Virus record (IMG/VR): IMGVR_UViG_3300028558_000022
Span: 26,979 to 90,978 of that record
DNA from: a virus
Direction: 5' to 3' (one strand)
DNA: 64,000 bases
Every line of letters starts with the position of its first letter. The first letter of the stretch is position 1. The notes beneath the pieces were generated by a model. That model had not been told where the DNA came from. It did no database searches and worked only from the letters and a program-made list of their open reading frames with translations. Positions 47,630-55,958 of the stretch are shown one piece after another. The translations under genes and the position numbers were made by a program.

Positions 47630-48334
47630 CTAATTGAGAGCGATTCCGCTCAGAAGAATACCAACGTCCGAAAGAGTGGTATCGGCAACTGACGGAGCCA
47701 CAACGCTTAGCACGTCCCCTGCATTGAAGGTCACGCCTACCGACGAAAACACACCGGAAGAAGAACCGGTATTGAACGTCAGTGTGGCAACTTGCGTGCC
47801 ATTTTGTTTTATTGAAAACACAGCCGCAGATGTCGCGTTCGTACCGCACGTTCCCGTGCTCGGCGATAGGTTCGCTGAGAATCGAACTGGACGTTCCAGT
47901 TTGAGCAAAAGAACTAACTCACTCGCGCTCGGAACTCCCGGAACGAACATACCGATGTCGTAAGTGACAATGGGCGTGCTCGTTGTATTGATGCTCGCCG
48001 GTACCCATGCCCCAACATCATACGGAGAAGGCGTACTGAACACTTGCTGAGCGTTCGGACCCCACACAAGCTGTCCTTGCTGGGTATAGGCGGAGACGGT
48101 GTAGAACGTGTTGACCGGACTGATTACATCATTAGGCCACACACTTTGAGCCGGAGACGTACTGATGTTCCCGTTTGAGTCGAGAGTGATCTCGATCTCC
48201 CGGCCCGCTGCGATCTCCGTGTTACCGTTGACCTGTCCGTCCTGACTGAGCTGCATCAAGAGGAACCCGTTAGCGAGCGGATTACCCTCAACGTCTTGAA
48301 ATGCTCCACCCGTGAGTTGTACTTTCGATGCCAT
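47630..48334 (-). CDS. Virion protein (fibre N-terminal adaptor-like domain)
   Basis: FQDVEGNPLANG...LDSNG...VWPN; paralog of 49328-49663. Confidence 0.55.
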   Translation of the reverse strand: MASKVQLTGGAFQDVEGNPLANGFLLMQLSQDGQVNGNTEIAAGREIEITLDSNGNISTSPAQSVWPNDVISPVNTFYTVSAYTQQGQLVWGPNAQQVFSTPSPYDVGAWVPASINTTSTPIVTYDIGMFVPGVPSASELVLLLKLERPVRFSANLSPSTGTCGTNATSAAVFSIKQNGTQVATLTFNTGSSSGVFSSVGVTFNAGDVLSVVAPSVADTTLSDVGILLSGIALN

Positions 48335-48337
48335 TGT

Positions 48338-49324
48338 TTACACCTTGCACTTAATGAACCACGTCAGGCCGCCCGTGTTGTTGTACTCCCCGGAGAAGAT
48401 GGTCACGGAGTTGTACTGTGCGGCCAATACATAAGTTGATGCGCCGTCAATTGTGTCTCCGTGTCCGGCATTTGGAGTTATGGTCACAGCGTTAGCCGAT
48501 GCGTCCATCTTCTTGAAAGTGAACTCAAAGCCGGTACCGGCACCCGCCGACCCCAAACTGGGAAGATTGACCGTGATCGCGCCGGAGGTTGCATCGAACA
48601 CGATCATGTTGTTGAAGGTAAACGCTACGTTATAAGTGGCTGAAGTAACGCGAGTGCATAGGTATTCAATTGTCCCGGAGAACTGAACCTGACCTGCGTT
48701 AATACCAACAAAGGTGGCGTTGACGAACAAATCTCCGGTCGCGTTTTCAAAACTGATGTTGTACGAAAAGTTCTGGAGGTTGACGTTCCAACTTCCACTA
48801 GCTCCGTTCGCATTCTCATTTATAGTGTCCGCATTGAACTCTATATCGCCGTTAGCCGACCTATGCGGCCCTAACTCAAAGCTCTGACCGCTAGGGATCG
48901 TTACAGTTTGGCTGCCTGTCGGACTCAGTAAAACGAATCCGCCCGTTTGCCATGTCGTTCCGTCAAAGTACACGAATTGCCCGAGGTCAACGGCCCAGAG
49001 TACCCACCCAGCCTTAGGGACATAGAAGTCCCAATTTGGAGCCAGTGTATCGTTGCCCGCATCCGTTACTTGAGTTGACCAGACGGCAATCTGATTGTCC
49101 TTGCCCGTCCACGCTCCTGTTAGGCTACCGCCGATCAGTAAGTACGAATCGCCGTTGCTCGGACTTGCGGGAGGGTCAGTTACGGACGTGCTCGTCACTC
49201 CACTCTGGACTAAAGCATCGACGCCACGTAAGAACGGACGAAGCTGATCGTAATACGCCTCGCCAATCGCGGCATTGTTGAGAAGGCCCAATTTAGGGCC
49301 GTAAGATATTGCGGCTGTACCCAC
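48338..49324 (-). CDS. DUF2793-domain tail protein
   Basis: DALVQ...PPASPSNGDSYL...GAWTGKDNQIA...W.F..PKAGW. Confidence 0.75.
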   Translation of the reverse strand: MGTAAISYGPKLGLLNNAAIGEAYYDQLRPFLRGVDALVQSGVTSTSVTDPPASPSNGDSYLLIGGSLTGAWTGKDNQIAVWSTQVTDAGNDTLAPNWDFYVPKAGWVLWAVDLGQFVYFDGTTWQTGGFVLLSPTGSQTVTIPSGQSFELGPHRSANGDIEFNADTINENANGASGSWNVNLQNFSYNISFENATGDLFVNATFVGINAGQVQFSGTIEYLCTRVTSATYNVAFTFNNMIVFDATSGAITVNLPSLGSAGAGTGFEFTFKKMDASANAVTITPNAGHGDTIDGASTYVLAAQYNSVTIFSGEYNNTGGLTWFIKCKV

Positions 49325-49327
49325 TAA

Positions 49328-49663
49328 TTAACTCCCAAATGAATCGCCAAACGCTATTCCGAAACCGGATATTTGTTGATAAACAATTACCTTCAGCGGA
49401 CCGAGAACAAGCTCGCCGTCCGACGTAAATCCGCGAAGGATGTAGTACGAATCGGACGGGGATAACTGACTGTTAGGCCAAACTTGAGGTACAGATACCA
49501 GTGCGCCGTTAGCGTCAAGCGTTCCCCGTAACGTCATACCCTGACATAACGACCCGCTCGGGGATTTGACATCCTCATTGAGTTCGAGAAGGATGTACCC
49601 GTTACTAAGTACATTGCCGGATGGGTCCGTGAAGGTGGTATATGGAAAGGCTTGACGGGCCAT
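49328..49663 (-). CDS. Virion protein, paralog of the 47630 N-terminus
   Basis: FTDPSGNVLSNG...LDANG...VWPN...G.LV.GP. Confidence 0.55.
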   Translation of the reverse strand: MARQAFPYTTFTDPSGNVLSNGYILLELNEDVKSPSGSLCQGMTLRGTLDANGALVSVPQVWPNSQLSPSDSYYILRGFTSDGELVLGPLKVIVYQQISGFGIAFGDSFGS

Positions 49664-50578
49664 TTATAGTCCTCGTGCTTGGTATCCCTGCTGCATCTTG
49701 TTTGAATCAGAGATAGGCTGGCCGGTGTTCTGCTGCCAACCTTGAAGGAAGATATTCCTCTTTGTCTCGTCCATCCCTTCGGCGGTACCTAAGAGCTGTG
49801 AAACAAACTTCTGATTTGCGACAGCGTAACGGGGATCGTCGGCGAAGAGCCACATCAAACTAAGGAATCCCCAGTTGTAGATGCGTGCGTACTCATCCGG
49901 GATCGGCGCCCATGTCTGATTGACGCTCGTGAACTGAGCGGGCTTCTGCTGCAAAGTGATCGCGACCGGGTATGCTTTATCCGGTACCGGCATTAGCCGG
50001 AAAGTGATGTTACCGTTTCCGTCATCGCCCTGAGCCGAAACGAAGCGCGGTCTTGCTTGAGAAGAATCCAGAGCAAGGTCAAGCTCGTTCGTCATCTCGA
50101 ACCACTTCGCTGTACCATTCACCGTATCCTGTACGGAAGCGTTCTCAACGAAACCCATACTGTAGGTCTGTGAGGTTGTCGTTCCGATGAGACCGATATT
50201 CGTCCAAACGGCACTGCCGTCTACCGTTGTCTGCCCTGTCGTTGCGTTCCAAGTCGGGGCCGAAGCGCCGGTAGGTCCGGCTGTAGTCACCTTCTGACAG
50301 TTGCCGTTGTTATCGACAAGCACCCAGCCGAGTTTGACAGCGGTCGTGGCGGCCCAGTTGAAGATTGTGTAATCCTGCTGACCCGGTACCGTAATGAACC
50401 CTGTCACAACGCGATTCCAGCGCCATGCGAACGGCGGTCCAAGGATGGTCTGCATCACCGTGTTCGCGCTCGTCATCGCGGGTTCGAGAAAGTTGCCGAT
50501 AGCAGAACGACGCCCGAAGTTGAGTTTCTTTGCCCACTCCATTGTGCGGAGTAGTGTATTTGCGGAAGATGATGCCAT
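49664..50578 (-). CDS. Head-tail adaptor-like protein
   Basis: PFAWRWNR...GQQDY...FRLMPVPDKAY...IPDEY. Confidence 0.6.
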   Translation of the reverse strand: MASSSANTLLRTMEWAKKLNFGRRSAIGNFLEPAMTSANTVMQTILGPPFAWRWNRVVTGFITVPGQQDYTIFNWAATTAVKLGWVLVDNNGNCQKVTTAGPTGASAPTWNATTGQTTVDGSAVWTNIGLIGTTTSQTYSMGFVENASVQDTVNGTAKWFEMTNELDLALDSSQARPRFVSAQGDDGNGNITFRLMPVPDKAYPVAITLQQKPAQFTSVNQTWAPIPDEYARIYNWGFLSLMWLFADDPRYAVANQKFVSQLLGTAEGMDETKRNIFLQGWQQNTGQPISDSNKMQQGYQARGL

Positions 50579-50586
50579 TTAATTCC

Positions 50587-51702
50587 TTAGTTCGAGTTCC
50601 ATGCGCCGAAGGGGTAGGCCGGATTGATCGGATTCATATTGACTCCGGTGTCCATGATCGAAGTACCCGGATAGAAACCCACATCATCCATCTCGCGATC
50701 CGATTGACGAACCGCTTTATCAAGTGCCTCAAGGAAGAGCTGACGCTCTAACTGATACTTCGCGCGAATCTTCTGATCGGGATTACGTCTGTAGCACTCA
50801 GCGAAGAACCCTTGCTTGAAGTGCGTTACAAAGTCGTCCGGGATCGGTTCAAGCGTTTGACCCAGCGCGGAGAATCTCGGCGCCCTCATTTGCGCTACAG
50901 GTTGAATTAGCCATACGACGCCCGTTTGCGGCGGGATCGGGTTGAGCCTGAATCCCTGACCTGACGGGTTGATCGCGGTCCATACGCAAGTACCATCCGT
51001 AACGGTAGTGGCAACCTGATTCGGATTCTGAAGTGTGGGGTACACCGGAGTTGTCGGCCATGTAGGTTGCGTATTACCGCAAGTACCGTATGTCGTCAGT
51101 GCCCAGAGGTTACCGTTCGGATCGGTGATGCAAGTTGTGGCATTGATCGGCTGATTAGCGATTCCAATTGGATTCGTATAGATCACTCCGGGACCGGGAT
51201 TCTGTATCCCGCTCGGATTGGCACCTATTGAACCGACATCCCCGGACGGGTTGCCCGCAGTGGGACCGAGTGGCACCGCGCCCCATGTGCCGGTCTGCAA
51301 AAGACTGTTAGGAATCCAGCAAATCTTTCCGGGATACCCGGTCTGATCGTAGGTAACCTCAAGGTCTTTCTTGACCTCAAGCTGTTGCTTCTGTTTCGGG
51401 ATCGATGTTTGATTGATGTTGACGGCCCAGCAACTTTCGAGCCATCCAATGTTGATGACACCGGGGACAAAATAGTCCTGCTGATAGCTGATCGTTGCGA
51501 ACGGCTTGACATTAAATCGATTCCACTTCCAGTTGTAGGGCTGCCCAGCGGGACCGCCGTTAATCATCGCTTGCATGACATCGTTCGCAATCGAGATCGC
51601 CGGGGCGTCTGAAAAGCCACCTGTGGCAAGGGCCGGTGATACGTCTCCTAATGACGAAGCGTCATCTACAATCTGCTGAAGTGTGGTATTTGAATTTGGC
51701 AC
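50587..51702 (-). CDS. Head-tail adaptor-like protein (paralog)
   Basis: PYNWKWNR...QQDY...FRLNPIP...IPDDF. Confidence 0.6.
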   Translation of the reverse strand: MPNSNTTLQQIVDDASSLGDVSPALATGGFSDAPAISIANDVMQAMINGGPAGQPYNWKWNRFNVKPFATISYQQDYFVPGVINIGWLESCWAVNINQTSIPKQKQQLEVKKDLEVTYDQTGYPGKICWIPNSLLQTGTWGAVPLGPTAGNPSGDVGSIGANPSGIQNPGPGVIYTNPIGIANQPINATTCITDPNGNLWALTTYGTCGNTQPTWPTTPVYPTLQNPNQVATTVTDGTCVWTAINPSGQGFRLNPIPPQTGVVWLIQPVAQMRAPRFSALGQTLEPIPDDFVTHFKQGFFAECYRRNPDQKIRAKYQLERQLFLEALDKAVRQSDREMDDVGFYPGTSIMDTGVNMNPINPAYPFGAWNSN

Positions 51703-51714
51703 TCGATTGTTTCC

Positions 51715-52143
51715 TTACTGCAAGAACAAGGTTCGCTCGCTTGTACGGCGCCGAACCAAACCATCAAATCTCTTACCGCCCGCGTAAACCCATTGCATGA
51801 ATTGATCGGCAGCGGCGGCAAGGTCTCCGTTGTTAACGTCCTTCAAGAGTGTTGACTGAAGGAAGTTCGCCCGGCCAACGTTGAACGTGAAATCGACAAG
51901 GGCATCAAATTGAGCTTGGTCGATTGGGTAGGTGACGGCGTGCTGAACGCACGCGACGGCGGAAGCGATGTCCGCCAAAAGTAATGTCTCGGCTTGCGCC
52001 TGAGTGATGGTCATCCCCGGTACAACATCATGCCCGGTGTGACCGTAACCTATTGTCCAAATTCCTCTCACATCTTGGTAGGCTGTGAGGCGTAAGCCCT
52101 CAAAGCTCTCTGTGAGCTTGAGGCCGTTTGCGTCGTATTGCAT
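51715..52143 (-). CDS. Endolysin, GH24 lysozyme
   Basis: FEGLRLTAYQD..GIWTIGYGHT, QFDALVDFTFNVG, GLVRRRTSE. Confidence 0.93.
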   Translation of the reverse strand: MQYDANGLKLTESFEGLRLTAYQDVRGIWTIGYGHTGHDVVPGMTITQAQAETLLLADIASAVACVQHAVTYPIDQAQFDALVDFTFNVGRANFLQSTLLKDVNNGDLAAAADQFMQWVYAGGKRFDGLVRRRTSERTLFLQ

Positions 52144-52164
52144 TCATCATCCTTGGCGCAAACA

Positions 52165-52198
52165 CGAAAAACCGGCCTTGAGTTGAGTCAAGGCCGGT
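52165..52198 (-). terminator. Rho-independent terminator
   Basis: ACCGGCCTTGA/TCAAGGCCGGT stem with a T run on the - strand. Confidence 0.7.
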
Positions 52199-52207
52199 AG
52201 TGAATCG

Positions 52208-52810
52208 TTATCGCAATGTTGAGTCTTTGGTCACTTCGCGGAAGTATGCGCCGTTATCCGAGAAGCGGAACAGATAAGACGAGGACGGAGAGTTCTTCGT
52301 CGGGAAGTTCTTCGCCTGTTCGTAATCGTTAAGAGCTTTGACGTATTCCTCGACCGACTTGTAATGATCCTGAACGGCAGGTTTCCAAGTCTTACCGCAA
52401 CGTTGGCAGCGAATCCACATATCGCCGTTCAACATCGTGTGTTTGATTACCGCGTAGTCAAGCGAATCGCCCTGACCGCCGATCACGCCAGCCGCGCCGT
52501 TGCCGCCCTTACGGTGGTTACAACGCTTCTGAACTGCCTTGTCCTGTTCGGCAAGGGCCTTCAGAGTGGTACCGTTTGTGATGCTCGTCTGTCGGACCAA
52601 CTCGCGGCGATTCTGACGCTCTGCAAGTCGTTCCTGAATGTCTTCGAGGTTCGCTTTCTTTTCGGCAACCTCAAGCCGGAGGCGCTCAAGCTCAAGTGCT
52701 TTTGCTTCCTCTTCCTCTTCCATCGCCGCGATTTTATTCTTCGCGGGCTTTGCGGGCGCCTGATTGTCTACGCCCTCAGCCGTTTCCGGCTTCTGAATCT
52801 TCTCGTCCAA
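52208..52810 (-). CDS. Hypothetical protein (coiled coil plus Cys/His zinc site)
   Basis: CNH...H...CQRC. Confidence 0.6.
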   Translation of the reverse strand: MDEKIQKPETAEGVDNQAPAKPAKNKIAAMEEEEEAKALELERLRLEVAEKKANLEDIQERLAERQNRRELVRQTSITNGTTLKALAEQDKAVQKRCNHRKGGNGAAGVIGGQGDSLDYAVIKHTMLNGDMWIRCQRCGKTWKPAVQDHYKSVEEYVKALNDYEQAKNFPTKNSPSSSYLFRFSDNGAYFREVTKDSTLR

Positions 52811-52819
52811 AATTCCTCC

Positions 52820-53509
52820 CTATCGGATTTCTAAGCTGTTGCCGTTGTTACGGAACGCTTGCAACAAACTGTTGTACCGGTGAAATGCGTCTGTCTGTTT
52901 CGGATGTCCGAACATCTTGTTCGCTTCGCGCTCGCTGACAATCCCTTTGAGAAGTAATTGCAGCAAACAGGTTCTCCATCCACGCCGACGCTCGTTCACC
53001 GGAATACCGTGCTCATCGAATCGCATGATCGAAAGCTCCGGCATAAAGCCAAGCTGTACCCAACAAGCGGTCTCAAGTCCTCGACCTTCTCGAAGGACGA
53101 CCAGAGTTGCTTTATCAGGGTGTGGATGGTCACGATACCAACACTCGACGTTCATCTTGCGAAGGATCGTGATGAATTGAGCGTGCGTTAGCACTTGCCC
53201 GATTCGTTGTTCAAGGTCTGCGTACTCTTCCGGCGTCAGCCAACGATACTCTTTCGAGATTTCGTCGTTAATTTCTCGCTGACGGTGAAGTTCCTCTTTT
53301 GCTTCATTTGTGGACTCGGTTTGATCGTACCGACGCTCGGCGTATTCGGCTACAGCCGCCGCCAGTTCGGAAGACATCTTTGTTTCCATCTCGGCGCCGT
53401 AGGATTCCCACGGGGCCTTTTCGCTCAAACGAGTTCCTTGACCTGTAACTGATTCCAAGCTCTCCCCTTGGTAGATAACGTGTCTCCCGTTCAATGAAGT
53501 CCATGACAC
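52820..53509 (-). CDS. Hypothetical protein
   Basis: Operonic ORF. Confidence 0.6.
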   Translation of the reverse strand: MSWTSLNGRHVIYQGESLESVTGQGTRLSEKAPWESYGAEMETKMSSELAAAVAEYAERRYDQTESTNEAKEELHRQREINDEISKEYRWLTPEEYADLEQRIGQVLTHAQFITILRKMNVECWYRDHPHPDKATLVVLREGRGLETACWVQLGFMPELSIMRFDEHGIPVNERRRGWRTCLLQLLLKGIVSEREANKMFGHPKQTDAFHRYNSLLQAFRNNGNSLEIR

Positions 53510-53625
53510 TCATTGAGGGGAGTGCAAGCATACGGACTGGCCGGTCACATAGCTCACAAAATGCCAAACCACGTTGGCCGGATATGAGTAATCCACTCTC
53601 ACCGGTAACTCAGTTTGGCGCAAAC

Positions 53626-53949
53626 TCAATTTCCTTCTGCTGATGTGCTCTTGGTAGGCCCTTGGGCCATCTCGCGATACACCTTCAATGCGCGTATGGA
53701 GACATCGACTATTTCGTCATAATCCTCTGGGCCACAGGGAGGCTGGAACCCACCTTCTTCCCAGAGTCTCCGAAGAGACAACTCAGCGGCAGGACTGGTT
53801 TCACAAAGGGCAGCAAAGAGCGTATCGGAACGCTCCCCTTCCCTTCGTACTCGCTTTCTCAGCGAACTTACGATGCGGCGTAGTGTCCGGTTTTGCCGAC
53901 GCACTACGCTCTGCATCTCAATTGGTTCTGAACAACTCTCGCAAAGCAT
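53626..53949 (-). CDS. Hypothetical protein
   Basis: ORF filling the gap; N-terminal CxxC. Confidence 0.45.
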   Translation of the reverse strand: MLCESCSEPIEMQSVVRRQNRTLRRIVSSLRKRVRREGERSDTLFAALCETSPAAELSLRRLWEEGGFQPPCGPEDYDEIVDVSIRALKVYREMAQGPTKSTSAEGN

Positions 53950-53983
53950 TCGGCGCTCCTCTTTCGCACAAATGTCCTAGAGG

Positions 53984-54583
53984 TTACAGACCTACAAAGA
54001 CGTTGATTTCCTTGTAGATTTTCTCCACTGGTAGGCCGTTCATCGGGTTACCCGAGCTGGAGATATTTCCCAGAGTGTTGTTAAACACCGGGTAAGATAC
54101 CTCAATCACGGTGTTGCCAACCGCCACACCGGTAATGACACCGGTAGCGGAAACGGTCGCAACGCTGGGATTCTGCGACCAGAAGGTCAGTGCGGCTGCA
54201 CCTTCAAGGGTTGCGGTACCCGCGTGCGTCTCGGAGACACCCGCAGCGTTGTCCACAGTCAGGGTCGTAGTGCTCGATGCCGTGACAATGAACGTACCGT
54301 TGTTCGCGCCAGTCGTGAAACCGGCGATTACAACTTCTCTGCCAACGAGAGCATTGCTCCCGCCGCCCGTGATGGTACCGGTGTACTGGGTCGTGCTACC
54401 ACTTGCGTTAGCAGCCGCGCTCAATACAAGAGCAGTTCCGGGGTCCGCGTTACCAGCGGAATCCTCAACCGAAGCGTTGATCTGATGAGTGGCAGTGCCA
54501 CCCAGCGACAACGACAGTGAGGTTGAATCGACGGCGATCTTTGTTGCCGTCCCAACTCCGTCAGTCTGAGCAGGATAAGTCAT
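53984..54583 (-). CDS. Capsid decoration-like protein with an Ig (Big_2) domain
   Basis: WSQNPSVATVSATGVITGVAVGNTVI; directly after the MCP. Confidence 0.7.
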   Translation of the reverse strand: MTYPAQTDGVGTATKIAVDSTSLSLSLGGTATHQINASVEDSAGNADPGTALVLSAAANASGSTTQYTGTITGGGSNALVGREVVIAGFTTGANNGTFIVTASSTTTLTVDNAAGVSETHAGTATLEGAAALTFWSQNPSVATVSATGVITGVAVGNTVIEVSYPVFNNTLGNISSSGNPMNGLPVEKIYKEINVFVGL

Positions 54584-54614
54584 TCTTTGTTTTCCTCAGT
54601 TTTGCTAATCGAAC

Positions 54615-54651
54615 AAAAGAGGCGCACCGGGTATCTAATCCAGTGCGCCTC
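54615..54651 (-). terminator. Terminator after the major capsid gene
   Basis: GAGGCGCACTGG-ATTAGATAC-CCGGTGCGCCTC-TTTT on the - strand. Confidence 0.75.
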
Positions 54652-54657
54652 GATTGC

Positions 54658-55689
54658 TTAGCTGATCGCGGAAGCCGCGTCGATCTCACGGATGCGGACC
54701 GTGGTGTCCGGGCCGAGCGAAGTCGTGAAGTGTACACGATAGCTCGTCCATCCGGGGATCAAGCCCTCGGGATCGGCAACAGTCGGCTCGGCGTTCTGCA
54801 CGATGTTGCAATTGATGTTCTGCCAATCACCGTCGCCGTACTCGGTGTCGCCCTGAGCACCCAGCTTAATGCTGAAGATGCCGTCGCGCCCGAAGATATA
54901 AGTACGCAGTGCCGTGAGGCCCGAGATGCTCTTATAGTTCGAGGTTGCCGTCACCTGATTGGTCTGGAAGAAGTGAACGCCGGAACCCGGAAGTTCGATC
55001 ATCTCCGTCAAATCAACCGAGATCAAGTCTTCCATCTTGGCCTGACCCACAGGGGTGTGCTTCAGGATGTCGATGGGCGAGTTGTTGGTCGTGTCAGCCA
55101 ACACGTCGCCAAGGGCGAACGGGTGGATCACACCGCAGAATGCCTTTGACGCCTCGTCGAACGGACGAACCGAACGACCGGCAAGGCTCTGGACCGAGTT
55201 ACGAATCTGATTCAAGCTCAGAGTCGTGAAGGTAGTCAGCGAAGACGCCGGGAGCTGGGTGAGCACGCTCGCGTCAACGGAGTTGGCGCCGTCAGCGGTT
55301 GCACGCACCAGACCGCTCAGGGTTTCGCCCAGACGGTACGACATTTCGCGAGCAACGTTCTCGACGGTGTTGTCAATGGCGGTCGCCAGAGACAGAGACG
55401 AGAAGTTTGCATAGTCGGCATATTCACCGATGGTCGCGGTCGTGTTCAGCACGCTAACCTGAATCGAGTTGCCGACCGTACCTTCCGTGGTCTGGGACTG
55501 GTTACCCGCCAACGGAACATACATGAACATCTCGTACTGGTTACCGGAGTTCTTCGGGAGATCAAGACGCTCAGAGCACGCTACGAAGGGAGTCTGTGCC
55601 TTGAGGTTTTCGCGGAACTTCTTGTCGTAGAACTTCACAGTAGACTGCGGAAGCTGCGACTGTCCGTTACCGGCAGGAGTATAACTCAT
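54658..55689 (-). CDS. Major capsid protein (N4-gp56-like, HK97 fold)
   Basis: 343 aa after the scaffold; FYDKK...LPKNSG...TEG...YADY...IHP...ADP...GW. Confidence 0.85.
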   Translation of the reverse strand: MSYTPAGNGQSQLPQSTVKFYDKKFRENLKAQTPFVACSERLDLPKNSGNQYEMFMYVPLAGNQSQTTEGTVGNSIQVSVLNTTATIGEYADYANFSSLSLATAIDNTVENVAREMSYRLGETLSGLVRATADGANSVDASVLTQLPASSLTTFTTLSLNQIRNSVQSLAGRSVRPFDEASKAFCGVIHPFALGDVLADTTNNSPIDILKHTPVGQAKMEDLISVDLTEMIELPGSGVHFFQTNQVTATSNYKSISGLTALRTYIFGRDGIFSIKLGAQGDTEYGDGDWQNINCNIVQNAEPTVADPEGLIPGWTSYRVHFTTSLGPDTTVRIREIDAASAIS

Positions 55690-55704
55690 TTGTTGTAATT
55701 CCTA

Positions 55705-55950
55705 ACTACAGCTAGTACGTCTATCCATTCCCTCCTCCCAGATAAGGAACATTGACGCTACCGCCCTCTATGTGACACAGCTCCACGCAACGGTAATCCG
55801 ACCGTTACGAGTAACTGACCGGTCAGGGACTCAGACCGGTGTTAACCTCGCACATGACTAGGGGATGCTGTACAGTAATCCGACTGCCAACACATCCAGA
55901 ACTTAAAAGGCCGAACTCTCCGGCTGTCACACCACTCGGTAGGTGTCACC
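55705..55950 (-). ncRNA. Candidate structured RNA in the scaffold-capsid intergenic region
   Basis: Nested long-range stems and two hairpins with the same UCGGAUUA apex. Confidence 0.55.
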
Positions 55951-55958
55951 ATTTTCGT

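Noticed and set aside
54629-54641. 16S rRNA gene fragment
   Set aside because: The match is only 13 nt inside a terminator and the flanks are not rRNA; kept only as a possible mimic
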